Below are positions 11,811 to 26,500 of a DNA stretch of 64,000 nucleotides, piece after piece. Position 1 is the first letter of the stretch. The number at the start of each line of letters is the position of its first letter. Position numbers and translations under genes: made by a program. The DNA is from the human T2T-CHM13v2.0 reference genome, Homo sapiens, in assembly GCA_009914755.4 (NCBI GenBank), contig CP068257.2, forward strand, positions 9,536,001 to 9,600,000, given 5' to 3'. The notes under the pieces are model-generated. The model saw only the letters and a program-made list of their open reading frames with translations, was not told the origin of the DNA and made no database searches.

Positions 11811-14800
11811 CATTACCACTGTAGTAGCTCTGAAGTGGTTGAGTTGGAGGTAACCCACCAACAACCCTCCTCCTGGAAATTTCTCTTGAATGAAAATATG
11901 GGAGGAGTAAATTCTTCACTGCCAAATACTATTTCAAATTCTTTCAAGCATAAGGTAAATTCATTATTTAACATAAAAGTCAATCAAGAGGTAAAAAGAG
12001 GTCACAGTTTGCTTACGTATTTTCTGGCACTTCTTTGCTATTGGCTGTGTCACTTTTACCCTTAACATTTCTGCAAAAATGTCTGCAGACATTTAGGGTC
12101 AACATATTCAGATACAACCTTACCCAGAAGACCAAGAAAGAGACACCAAGAGAAACATTTATCTTAAAAACTCTTAAGGTAATTTGCCCTGATTTGCCTT
12201 TGTACTGAATTGGGTCATATGCGTATTTTTGTTCTTACTTTTGGCAAAGAATCAGGCTATACTTAGAGTAATCACATCATACCTGAATCTGAAGACGAGA
12301 CAGTAAACTTAGAGAAGTACTGAAGCCTTGGAAGCCTTGGATATATTGAATATGTTCTATCTTAGAAAGAAAAGGTGAGATAATGTATGCTGGCAGTCAA
12401 CCAACAGCATATGCTCCTAATGAACAACTGGAGAGTCATTTAAGTTCAATGTTGGGGATTTTATTAGAAACTGTAAGATGAATACACAATTCATTTTCTC
12501 TTTCCTTGTAAATTTGGACAATATTTGCTATATTCGCCTATATTTTGGCATAGAAATTTAGGTTCTAAGTATATAGTAGTGATGTAGCCTTCTTACAGGG
12601 TCACATAGACCCACAATTAATAATTTTTAACACTCTTTTTATTCTCTCTGGTTGGCTAACATTAAAACAATCCACAGAAAACCCCCAAGAGCTATGTATT
12701 GAGGATGGCAAAACCACAGATGGGAAAATAATAAATCTTTGAATGACCCTGCAGGAAATCACAGATAGCATTCCTATTATTTAAGCAAGCAATAACTTTT
12801 ATTGTTTTAAGAGTTGGAGGTTTAATTTTTTCAGCATTACTGTTACCACAATTATTACAGGAAATGAAACTAGTAAAAAAAAATAGAGGGAACAAAGTTT
12901 ATTGACATCTATGAGGCATTTTCTTTCCCCTAATATTACATACTCTAGATTTTATTTCTGTACAAAATATATTCTCTATGTCTAGCCTAAAGAACTATGT
13001 CTTATTCATATTTATACTCTTCATAGATCAAAAGTGTGCTTAAAATACTGTACATTTAATGAGTTATTTTTGAATGTAAGCAACTTTGAATTCATCTTTG
13101 CATTTTTAATCTTATGTTGCTATTAAATGTATTATTAAATTCTACTAACACTTTCCTCAAAATAATTCTCAATATTTTGGTTTTTAATTTTTTACTGCCT
13201 TTGCATTCTCCTGGCAGAGACCCATTTCACCTCTTCTATAGATTATTTCATAAAGATTTTATAATCTGTATCATATATATTTACAATATTAAAAGTTATC
13301 TGTAGCACTCTCTCATTGTTGCTTATAGATTAGGTTTGCTTCTCTATGTACTATTCTGGTAGGCAGTGGTTAAATATACTGCTTTAAGCCTTTTCACAGT
13401 ACCTTCTATAATATCATCATGCACAGTTTTACGCACACAGCAGAAAATCAATGAAACATACTTAATTGACTAAAAATTGAAAAACATTGGTATATATGTA
13501 GGACAGATACTGATATTTTTATAAGCCCAACTCTGAAATGGTGATGCATAAAAAGTTGATAATTCCTTTTAGCAGAAACTATTAATAGTCATTTTTCAAC
13601 ATAATGCAAAATATATTTGAGATTGATAAATATTTTAGAACTCAAGTGTAAGAAAGCCATTAAGGGAATCCCACAATTTTCTTTGTTTCTAAAACCTAAT
13701 ATAATTTAAGATTATGAACAGCCTTCTTTCTCAGAAGAAAAACATATCACCAACCCACTACATAAAAAAAATGCATTATTCCAATCAATCTTGTTAATAT
13801 ACCATAGAATATTGAATTTTTTAAAAAAATTCAGAACTTTAAAAATAAATACTAACCATAATAGCTCAATTAAAATTATCTCTATATTCTTGGAGGTTTT
13901 CAAATGCCATATCTAAAAATAGGATATAGTAAGGTATATCGAGGGATAAACTAGCTGTTAAAAAATCATTGATTGAGACCTGTTATTATTGGCTAAGTAA
14001 ACTTCTCTTATCTTCCAAAACATGTTCCATTATTTCATAAGATCTAGAAATGATATCACGTTTGAAATTTGTTGAAATGTTTTCCTATTGACCTACTTAT
14101 AAATGGGTTATTTACATATTCAGGGTAATTACTTGTGCTTAAAACTGTTTTCAAGATAAATTTGAACTGTGTCATTGTTCATATAAAAGAAAGATGCTTC
14201 TTTTCAATTAATTTCTATTAGTTAATTCTACAAATTGTGTTTATTTCAATGGAGATTAAAGAATATAAAAAGAATAATGTTTCTGTTTTAGACTATATTA
14301 GTAAACCATTTGTGGGGTGGGGCAATGAGGATAAACTCCATCAAAGGAACATAAGTTAGAAAAGTTGTAACATAAACTTAGGTTATAAGTCTGAATTACC
14401 CTAGACAGTTAGTCTATGGAATATGCGACTGTATACAGCCTCAGCTGGAAGCACTGCCCTTAAGCAAAGACCATGAAAGAGATGCTGAAATAATTATTCA
14501 GGCAGAAATTTAGTATGATATTTCTTTGGGAATGTTCTCCGATAGTTGGAAGTCAAAATAACAAGTAATTCTCACTTCCATTCTTTGTCTTCTCGATATA
14601 CATCCCTATATCTTGCAAGGCATTTAGCAAATTAAAGTACATTTACCAGCCTCCTTGCACTTTGATGAGGCAATGTAACTAATTTTTGGACGATAACGTG
14701 TGAACAGAAGCAATAATTGCAGCATCTAAAAGAAATGTGTGTGACCTTTTACCCCTGTTACCATGCTTTAGAATTCATAGCTGCTTTCAGCTACTTTATA

Positions 14801-16080
14801 TATAAAATAAGCATATAAAAGCAACAAAATAAATCAACATCATAGAGCTATCGTGACATCACTGGACTTCTCCTAAAAGTTTTACATGAAAAATATGTGA
14901 ATTATTTCAAGCTGCTCTACTTGTTTTTCATAGACTGTGTCATTAATTAATTTTTTATGTATCACTAAAAAGCATTTTTAAGTGCCTCTAAATTATGGCA
15001 CACTGCTAAATATTTTCTAGATGCCTCAAAAAAGTTTTTATATGCAGTAATTTTGTTTTACATATACATGCACACTTACTGATTTCAAGTTTTTTCAACT
15101 TTCATACGAAATTGAAAGTTGAAAAGGCACATGAAATGTCTTTTTGAAATTCCTAACACAATTTAATTTTTTTTTACATTTAGGTTTACCATATTGTTTT
15201 AACAAAATGCTCTGTATTTATTCTAATATTTTAAAAACTTTAGGAATAAATTAATATTTTGGATTGTTCTACAGTATTGTATCCTGAACTGGAACTTTTT
15301 TTACTGATTTATTAATTGAAATATGAAATATGATATGCACATGCGAAAGACACAGATCTTGAGCATATAGCATTAAACATTTTTAGAATGTAAAATACTA
15401 ATGTCATCACAACCTACATGAATATGAATTGAGTATTACTAGAATCCAGGAGTCTCTGTTGTGAACCTCCAATCATTACTATAGGCAACCACTGTTCTTA
15501 CTTTTATCTTTATAAATTACATTTGCTTGACATTGAACTTCATAGAAATTGAACCATACAATAGATATTAATTTCAATCTGGTTCAAAAAAACACAACCA
15601 ACAGCATGGGTGTCAGTGTGATATTCTGGGCTGCTTCTCAGCTGAATCAATGGTGCTGACAGCTGCAATAGCAACAGAAGTGTCTTCAGAAGTTTTACTG
15701 AGAGTTTGGAGTCCAGAGTTTCTGCCTAACAGCAGCTGCACTCAAATAGGGCCAATGGTCAGTCTGGAATCATGGGACCCAGAATGCACCACCTTCCCCT
15801 ACTCATTTTCCACAGTTAAGGATGGAAGTGGCTTCCTTCATTTGCTCATCATCTGGAGTAGCAGGCCCCTTTTGCTCCTTCAGTGTTTCTAACATTGTTG
15901 TAACCACGCCCCCAACCCCTGTATTGTATTGTCTATGCTTTAAAAACTATTTTGTGGACTTGAATAAAATTTATTTTCCCATTCCTGATATAAAATAATT
16001 GGGTCATTCTTTACTCATGTATCAGTTCAAATTTCTAAGACTCTATTTATCTCTTCTCCTCAATAATGTTTCTTTTTTCT

Positions 16081-16373
16081 TTTGCTTTTTTTTAGACAGG
16101 GTCTTGTGCTCTCACCCAGGCTGGAGTGCAGTGGCTGGAACACAGCTCACTACAGCCTTGACCTCTTGAATTCAAGTGATCCTCACACTTCAGCCTCCAG
16201 AGTAGCTTTGATGACAGGTGTGTGCCACTAGGCCCAGCTACTTTTCTTTACTTTTTGTAGAGACATGGTCTTGCCATATTACCCAGGCTAGTCTCAGATC
16301 CCTGGGCTCAAGTATCCTCCTGCCTCCACCTCCCAAAGTGCTGGGATTATAGGCGTAAACCACCATGCCCAGC
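16081..16373 (-). mobile_element. Alu SINE, full length, antisense
   Basis: Begins with a poly-T then agacagggtcttgtgctctcacccaggctggagtgcagtgg and ends ...cccaaagtgctgggattataggcgtaaaccaccatgcccagc. It is flanked by the TSD taatgtttct / taatgttttct. Confidence 0.95.
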
Positions 16374-16403
16374 TAATGTTTTCTATTTACCATAGCTTTT
16401 TGC

Positions 16404-16470
16404 ATATATATGTTATTATATATGTTATATATATATATATAATATAGTATGGATGTGTATATACTATATT
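16404..16470. repeat. (TA)n-rich simple repeat
   Basis: atatatatgttattatatatgttatatatatatatataatatag, immediately 3' of the Alu TSD. Confidence 0.6.
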
Positions 16471-16929
16471 ATTAACAATTAGATCTAAAATATAGAAAGA
16501 ATTTTAATACCTTTATTTTCTGTACCTTCATAGTTAATCTCATATTTTCCAAATCTGTTAATGTGGCACTGGTCAGAGTTATAGCTCCAAAGAATGAGCA
16601 TCTGCTTAGTCTCATAACCAGGACCCAACCTGCAACATTAGTGTTACAAATTAATTCCTAATTCCAGTCTCACTCTTTCATCACCAGTTCTATCTCTGAA
16701 CACTTACTAATCCCAATTATTTTAAAGCAAGTTGCTTAACCTGCTGTGGCAGTTTTCCCCTCTCCTTCAACTTTCTCTCTCTTTTTTTTCTCCTAATAAT
16801 ACCTGCCAAGTAAGAATCCCTTTCATTACATACATCAAATAGCCACTTATTCCAACAATTTTATTCAACCTAAGTATTCAACCTAAGGGCTTAGATTCAT
16901 GGTCTGTCCTTACAATGCCGTTCCATCTT

Positions 16930-17567
16930 TTTAAAGCTAATTGCAATGCACCTAGTCATTTTTATTGCACACTATGTATGATAGCCAAGATACAGAATAA
17001 GCCTAAGTGTCTGGCAACAGATGAATGCATAAAGAAAATGCACTATCTGTATACAATGAAGTACTCTGTAGCCATAAAAAATAAAATCTTGCCATTTATG
17101 ACAATATGGATGAATCTAGAGGACATCGTGGTAAGTGAAATAAGCCAGACACAGAAAGACAAGTACAGCATGATCTCTCTCATAAGTGGAGTCTAAAAAA
17201 AAAAGAAAATACAAACATTTAAAAAAGTTAATAGCATAGAAGCAGAGAGTAGAAAAATGTTACCAGAGACTAAAGAAGGATGAGGAAACTTTGATTGATG
17301 GTATAAAATTACAACTAGATAAGAGCAATAAATTCTGGTGTTCTGTTGCATGTAGAGCAAGTATGGTTAACAGTGAAATATCGTATATTACAAAATAGCT
17401 TGAAGAGTTGTCTTCGAATGTTCTCACCACAAAGAAGTGATAAATATGTAAGATAATAGATTCACTCTGAATGGATCATTATACAACATGGATAGGTATC
17501 CAGGTATCAAATTGTACCCCATGAATATGTACAATTATTACATGTCAATTAATAAATAAATAATAAG
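16930..17567 (+). mobile_element. L1 3'-terminal fragment (end of ORF2 plus 3' UTR)
   Basis: ...tagccaagatacagaataagcctaagtgtctggcaacagatgaatgcataaagaaaatg...cagccataaaaaataaaatcttgccatttatgacaatatggatgaatctagaggacatc...gtgaaataagccagacacagaaagacaagtacagcatgatctctctcataagtggag matches the L1 ORF2 C-terminus, and it ends with aataaataaataataag. Confidence 0.85.
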
Positions 17568-19264
17568 ACCACTAGATTTAATCAAGAGACTCTTATTGAC
17601 TTGTTCTCATTTTAGAGTTTTAAAACTAGTCTGCCCTATTGCAAACTACCTATTTTTAAAACTACTCTTCTCCTGCACAAAAATCTCTCAAAGTCTCCTT
17701 TCTCCTGAAAGAAAAATGACCTATTTAATTTACAAATATTTCAAAAATTAGTACACAACATTTTATATATGAAAATAATGCTGTAGACTGACTTGCAAAT
17801 AACATTCTAAGATTCCCATTACCTTTAAGAGGAGTCAGCTGTCATTTTGGAAAAATTAAGATTTCAACAATTTTACACATATTATGAAAATATTTTTGAT
17901 AATGAAAAATGCTCAATCTTAAATAGTGTAAATAAGTAAATAGAGAGGTAAAATAAAGAGCTTAATGTTTATGTGATATTGAGAAAAAATCTTTTTTAAA
18001 AATAAAATACAGATTAAAATACAACTTTGTGCTTTAACTGAAGGGTGTCCCTACTCCCTGATGCATTTGAGACTGTCACAAACCTGAACCCATTTGGACA
18101 ATACATCAAATAATCATTTTGCATCATTTCACTATTGGGGAAATGATAACTTCTTACATTAAATGAAAAAAACTGAAAAAGTAGTATTACTTTGTCTTTT
18201 AAGTGGCGAGATAGGGTTGATATGATGCTGAAGTACAAACAGTAAGGACTAAGTGAGGATGGAGGATATATGAATAAATGTATCAAAAGTCAAGAGAAAT
18301 GATAAAACAGACAATTCTGGGGAACAGTAGTAGAAGCTATGCATGGAATATGGTTAGACAGACAGTGATATTTACTTTTGAGTTTTGCTTATATATTTCT
18401 AACATTTCTTGATAGGACTGGCATTCTAACAGTTATTCTTATTGTTATAAATTCTTTTAAAAATACTTTTTCTCCAAACATCTCAGTTCAAATTATAGAG
18501 TTAAAGGAAACTACAGTCATAAAATAAAATATTAATTATTTCAAAAGAAAAAGAGAAAAATTTGTACACTTAATTTAAAATTGTTTTCAGTCTTATTTTT
18601 GCAAGCAATTTACCAATAGATTTGTAATGAACAGTAATGTTGAATGGGTATTGAAGCTATTGAAATAGAGAAGTAAGTCAGTTTTTCATTATGCTGTGAG
18701 TGATGTCCTGAAACACATTAACTTGGTATTTTATCTATTGTTTAATATCATTCCCCATGAATTACATATAATGGTAATAGATTAATATCTTTGGAAGTAC
18801 TGTAATAATTATATAATTCAGCCAGGAATTACCTTGTTCATTTGCTAACATTGTTATATTCTTTCAAAAGCAAACAGCAAAAATAATTTTCAACTGACAT
18901 ACATATGGAATACTTACTCTTCAACTATCTCAAAATGCCCAGATTTTCTCAATAACTCTCCTATTGATTTAATTATAGGCATTAGAAATGAGTATTCTAG
19001 TACAAGAATAAATAGTGTTGTCTCTCCTTCATCCCCCAGTACTCCTAAATATTTACTAAAAATCTCAATGCTAATCAATAGTGGAACTATTTGGTGCCTA
19101 ATGATGGCATTCCATTCCTTCCTTGAAGTCCAACACACAGAGTAATAGAAATCTCATGAACGTGATTGTGTGAGGTTGCTCATAATACTTGGATCTATAG
19201 AGAGAATCACTTAACAGACATCAGTTGAATCAGAAACTACTTCTCATTTCATTGAGTTCTATGT

Positions 19265-20160
19265 AGTCCTCAACCTTTGTGGCACCAGGGACTGGTTTTG
19301 TGGAAGACAATATTTCCACGGACAGGGGAGCAGACGATGGTTTCAGGATTGTAATGGTTAATAATAGGTGTCAACTTAATTGGATTGAAGGATGCCTAGA
19401 TAATTGGTAAAGAATAGTTTCTGGGTGTGTCAGTGAGGGTGTTGCTGGAGGAGATTAACATTTGAGTCGGACTGGTAGAGGAAGACCCATCCTCAAGGTG
19501 GGTGGACACCATCCAATTGACTGTCAGCTTGGCTAGAACAAAGCTGGTGGAAGAAGGTGGGATAAGCTGACTTAACGAGTCTTCTGGCTTTCATCATTGC
19601 ACTGTGCTGGATGCTTCCTGCCCTTGGACATCAGACTCTAGGTTCTTTAGGCTTTGAACACTGGAACTTACAGCAGTGGTTTTCCAGGGGCTTTCAGGTC
19701 CTTGGCCACAGACTAAATGTTGCACTGCCAGCTTTCCTACTTTTGAGGCTTTTGTAGTTGAACTAAGCCTTTGTTGGCTTCCTTGCCCCTCAGCTTGCAG
19801 ACAGCCTATCATGGGACTTCACCTTGTGATCGTATAGTCAATTCTCATTAATAAACTCCTTTTCATATATACATATATCTTATAAGTTCTGTCCCTCTAG
19901 AGAACCCTGACTAATACAGGGATGAAACTGTTCCACCTCAGATCATTTGGCATTAGATTCTCATGAGGTATGCACAACCTAGATCCCTTGCATGCTCAGT
20001 TCATAATAGGGTTCACATTCCTATAAGGATCTAATGCTGTAGCTGATTCGACAGGAGGAAGAGCTCAGGTGGTAATGCTCACTCACCTGCCGCTCACCTC
20101 CTGCTGTATGATCTGATTCCTAACAAGCCATAGCTCATTACCAAGGGTTGAGGACCACTG
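19265..20160 (+). mobile_element. Non-autonomous DNA transposon (MITE, MER30-like hAT element), ~327 bp, split by a nested LTR
   Basis: Left part 19265-19349 (agtcctcaacctttgtggcaccagggactggttttgtggaagacaatatttccacggac...gatggtttcaggat) and right part 19919-20160 (gggatgaaactgttccacctcagatcat...ctcctgctgt...ccaagggttgaggaccactg) are contiguous in the consensus. The terminal inverted repeats are agtcctcaacc... and ...ggttgaggaccact. Confidence 0.6.
19350..19918 (+). mobile_element. ERVL-MaLR solo LTR (MST-like) nested inside the MITE
   Basis: tgtaatggttaataataggtgtcaacttaattgg...tctgggtgtgtcagtgagggtgttgctggaggagattaacatttgagtcgg...gcttgcagacagcctatcatgggacttcaccttgtgatc...ttctgtccctctagagaaccctgactaataca. 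It has TG...CA termini and a 5-bp TSD, aggat / gggat. Confidence 0.65.
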
Positions 20161-20927
20161 TGTTAAAAGATAAACTAAGGCACAATAAAATTTTAAATAT
20201 GTTATTTAAACAATGATTTATGACTCAGGCAGCTCCAAACCATAAAAGTGGCTTAAGAGCGCCACTGACGGAGCACAGGCGGAGGCTTTTAGAGGACAGG
20301 CACAGAAGAAAACTAAAGATAATATTTGACTATTTATAGTTGTACAGTTATTTGTACCTTATTTGGTACCAAAGTTGCACGTTATTAGGTCTATCCCACT
20401 GGAAAGTCTTCAGTTATATGATTATGTGTGTTGGCTACTTCTGATTGGTTGAACTTAAGTTCTGTTTTTCTTTAATATAGAAATTGATAAGAATGGCTCA
20501 AGTTTCCCTTATATCTGTAGATCAAACAAGGTTTAGATCACTTATGATGCCTAACTGGTTTTGTCTGCTCAGAAATTCTTCAGGCCTGGACTCCATTTTA
20601 ATTTACTTTAATGATTGTTACTTTAAATTTGGATTAAACAGTGGATTCATATGTACTGAGTGAAAAAAATGGAAATAGATGTTATAAAATTTATTTGAAA
20701 TCATTCAGCCAGGATGTTTTAAACAGCATAAATTAGCAGAATTACCAAAAACACATTTTGAAAAAACCTTGAAGCAATTTTAATGTATTGCAAAATGTGA
20801 AGGAGACTAGTAGGACAAAAACTTAAAGGTTGAGTTTGAGATATGATGCAGGGTTTTTTGCTCCTTAGCCCAGCTAGGCCTAAGTTCTGAAGAAGTAGGC
20901 ACATGGACACTCAAAGAGTAAGTGTAG

Positions 20928-21621
<694 letters not shown>

Positions 21622-24373
21622 TCCTTTCATTCCTCCCTTCAGGAGTGGAGACCCCAAATTCTGTTGGGGAAAGTGTACAACGACTGCTCTTAACTGCTTC
21701 CTGCTGACAAGGGTTGCTGTTTTGGGAAAGTGGCAGTTAAGGCTCCTCCTGAGGTCAGTTTAAGGGTCCCCAAAGAGAACAGTGTGTTCATGAGTGGTTC
21801 TGTTTGCATCACCATTTGAAGTTGAATGGCCTTTAAGAAAAAATTTGGGTTATTAGAAGACATATTCAGAATGAAACAAAGGGATAAGGACAGCTCAAAA
21901 CAAAACAAAACAAAAATCTCAAGGCTGCCAATACAGCCAGATAACTCGTGGCTATAGTTATGCCTGCTAAGGTTTGTATTCATGGGGCTTGGCTTTGATT
22001 AGCTCCCTTGGTCTTATTTTCCCAAACAAAGAAATCTCTGGGTTATGGGCACCTATTTACTCCGATCACCTGGAAGGATTTGCAGGATAATTGTTCAGAA
22101 TTAAAATATTGATCCAGATTTTTTATATTACTCATCCCTTTGGTTCTTTTGAGCTGCAGCTGTACATTGCTGGTTGGTCCACAGGAATAAGCAGGGTAGT
22201 CTAAAATGTAGACAAAAACTTAAAAACAACTAATGGGATTATAATGTAATGACAAATGTAGAGTAAGTTTTGAAACATAATTTCTCTCTCTCCAGTCCTC
22301 ATTTTTGCCAAAAACAAATCATGATAGGACTCAGTTGTTTGAAAAACAAACTTTAGCCTTATACTTGTCTTATTTGCATAAAGTGCAAAAAGAATAATTA
22401 TTTTTCCCATAGGCTTTTAAATTGGCTTTGATGGAACTCTGTTCCATAAGGAATCTCAGTTAAGACCTTTTAAGGCCAAGCCCAGTCATGGGTTTCCACC
22501 CTCAAATATCTACGAGTTTGGTAAATCATTCTCTTCTTGATGTCTCAAGAACAAGCTTTTTAACAGGCCCAAGAGCTTTTTAACAGGCTCCTAGGCCTGT
22601 TAAAAAGTGACATGCTTTACTTCCCACGGGTTAGGAACCTTGTACAAGGACTGTGTTGACAAGGTATGTAGCCAGTTTTCCCAAGAGACTTTTATTGGCA
22701 AGTCCAGCTTAATTACTTAAAGGAACATATACCCTTCCAGTAAAAGCCTTGGTAAAACCACCAGTTTCTTCAATTGTGTCCTGTTGCAAAAGAAAATGTA
22801 TTCTTATTGCACTGATGAAAATAACTGTATTGCCATAAATTAAATATTCTCACAAATAGTTTCCAAATTCTGGCAAACCCAGGCAGAGAGAAACAAACGT
22901 CCTTCAAATTTTGTTCACAGGAGTATAGTTTACTCAATTATTAAAGGCTTTAAATAATTCAAAATAAGTATCCTTGACTCAGAAAAACAAAGCAAGGAAA
23001 GTTTTAAGCAAAAAGGTTAAAAATAATACTTGTTTTCTATTAGTTCAATCCATTCTGTTCTCTTGTTCTGCTAGATATTCATGAACATTTCAGTTCTTCA
23101 TGAGTACTGTATTTTTTTCAATGTCATAATCTCCAGAGTTAATGGAATCTTGCATTTGAGAACACTTGTCAAAATCCTATAGCTGATTATAAATCATCTT
23201 TTGAGTAGGATCAAAACAAGACATTTGTCTGTGAATGATGAAATGTCTAAGGTAGTTACTGTCAAGAATACAAATGACAAAGAAATTTAGTCATTTCTAG
23301 GGTTTACAATAACTAAACATAATAACCTTAATTATGATTGATAGCATATACTCAGACATTAGAATTTTAGAAATCTCATATAATTTTGAAACATATTAAT
23401 ATTATTCACTAAAATATAACCTAAAGCAGATTAAATATAACTTTGGAAATACCATATAACTAAACATTTCAAAAAAACCAGTTTTCTTCTCTTTTGGATG
23501 TTCCAGGGACCAGGAAAGACAATTTTGAAACTGAAGTTTGATTTTGGGAAGCCTGTTAAATATGTTAGAGGTTCAAAGCACTTGATATTATAAAATAGAA
23601 TTCCAAGTTACCATATGTCATTTATTTTAACCAAAATGATGACTCAAACATTTTAAAACAACACAAAAGCATATTCACAGGTAGAGGGAAAACTTAGCTT
23701 TCCAAATGATCTGTCGTTAATTTTACAGGGAAATCCTGTTCAAGTGAAAGCCTAATTTCATCCTTGCATTAGTCTACTGTTGATGTCAACCCCAATTTTT
23801 TTAATGAAAACTTATAGATATTATATCTAATCTTATCTAGTTTGACCATGAGGTGAGATTTTTTTAAACTTTTATAACCCTTTACAAATTGTTGTTAAAG
23901 AGCAGATCAGTGCCTTTAGAAAAGCTTGTTGTGCTTTTATTTCAATGCTCAATTTACAAAAACAAAATACTTTTTTGAAATTAGTCAATATGTTCACACA
24001 ATTTCTTTTGCAAGATTAATTTTTACAAACTTTTCACCATTTGTTTAAACCCTCAGCTTTATCTTATCTAATTCAAAACAATCCTTTAACCCAAGGCAAA
24101 AATTTACATTTTCATGCTTTCTTATAATCTTTTACTAAAAACATATTTTACTTTCCTTACTTACCTTATATATAAATCTATTTTCATTGTCTCGATTACA
24201 GGTTATTATGGTAACTCTTAGCAATTTTTAACTTTAATGTACAACCTGGCAAGTTGCTTTAATTATGTAGTAGTAGGCATAAATAAAATCTGATTCCTTT
24301 CTGCATAATTAAGGGTGTGGTTAATTCCATATGTCCCTGGACTTATTAATTGTGAAGCAGGCAAATTGAATAG

Positions 24374-24738
24374 TGTATTAGTCAATTTTCATGCTGCTGA
24401 TAAAGACAATCTTGAGACTGGGCAATTTACAAAAGAAAGAGGTTTAATTGGACTTACAGTTCCACATGGCTGAGGAGGCCTCACAATCATGGCAGAAGGT
24501 AAGGGGGAGCAAGTGACATCTTATGTGGATGGTGGCAAACCAAAAAAGAGAGCTTGTGCAGAGAAACTCTCATTTTTAAAACCATCAGATCCATGAAACC
24601 CATTACTATCATGAGAACACATAAAAAGACCCACCCTCATGATTCAATCATCTCCCACTGGGTCCCTGCCACAACACATGGAAATTACAGGAGCTACAAG
24701 ATGAGATTTGGGTGGGGACACAGAGCCAAACTTTATCA
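24374..24738 (-). mobile_element. ERVL-MaLR solo LTR, THE1-like
   Basis: tgtattagtcaattttcatgctgctgataaagacaatcttgagactgggcaatttacaaaagaaagaggtttaattggacttacagttccacatggctgaggaggcctcacaatcatggcagaagg...caagatgagatttgggtggggacacagagccaaactttatca. Confidence 0.8.
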
Positions 24739-26057
24739 AATAGTTCTTAAAAGCCAAAGAAGCAGTTAATAACTTTGAAGCATTTAGCTAACCTAGTATC
24801 TGACCTACATGATTCAGCCCACATATTTACATTTTAAAGACATTTGTATTTTACCAATTATTTTTAAAACTGCCTTTATTTCTTAAAGATTATAGTCATG
24901 TGAACTCAAAAGGTATTACAGCTTTTATTTTTCTTCAAAAAATATTTGATCTAAGTGCTTATTTTCCTAGAGCTTTTTTATATAAACATCACGCCCATAA
25001 GAAATATAAAATTACACAGATGAACAAAAGCAAATTCAGTACTTGTAAGATTTTTCATTTGCCAATCTTCTGAATAGATTATTGGCCTCTGGGTGAAGCC
25101 CTTCAAGAGCAGGGCCTAGGACAGCATACAGTTTCTAGGGCCTAATAAACAGGCATAGCTGGAAGACAGAGATAGATTTTGAGAAGGATCTATCCACTTT
25201 TAATTCCTGGGGTTTCATGAGGAAAACAGAGGGTGTTGTTTTCCCCAAAATGGGGTCTGCAGCACCTTCTTTGTTTTTTCCCAGGAGCCCCGGGCTATCA
25301 GAAGTTATCTTAGAGCCTCTCATGTATGCACTGAATGACAAGACAAAATGGGGAAAAAAAAATCATTCAACAGAGAAAGAACCTTTTTCCAGAAAAACAA
25401 GATCCATGCAGAGAAAAATTTAAAGGCCTTTAAATATACCTATAACTTGGATATCCACTTTTAATTCAGCTGTGCTCTAAGAAAATCGTTTCAAATCTAT
25501 TATCCAGCTTTAGCCATGCCGAGCAGCCAATATTTCTGGCTTTAGAACTTTATTAAAAATAACCTCACAGGTGAAACCAACAAGCTTCAACTAAGATTAT
25601 GACTTAACTGTAAGTGTAAAAGTTATTTTCAAAGAGGTGCTAAGCAGTTTTTACAGAATCTAAGATCTTTAAAGTTGGTTCAGACAAAGGAAGATTTAAG
25701 AAAGGAAGCTAGAAGTTGTTTATAGAGGGGAAGAGAATCAGCAAATGGTAAAAGTCACACAGATATTAGCCACAATATACTCATTCCCTAAGCCAGGATT
25801 AAACCCAGGCCACCATTGTAAAATGGCAGAGGCCAAAAGAAAGTATTATCAAGTGGTTACAAGGTCAAGCTCCTAAGGACATAAAACAAGATGAAGAACT
25901 GCAGCAAGGTTTGTTACTGACCAGTTTGCCAGGCTGGCTTGATCAGCAAACTTTTGGGGTCCTAGGCCTGCATTCTATCCTAAGGTACCCCTCTTTATGA
26001 CAGAACTATACAGAAAGACACACAAAGCACACTACATTGGCTACAGCTTAAGACTAG

Positions 26058-26500
<443 letters not shown>

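Noticed and set aside
15600-15900. Moderately GC-richer unique segment with an 80-aa + ORF (15650-15892) as a possible exon
   Set aside because: There are no splice-site-flanked structure, codon-bias signal or recognisable protein motifs. It is probably a degraded ancient repeat or neutral DNA.
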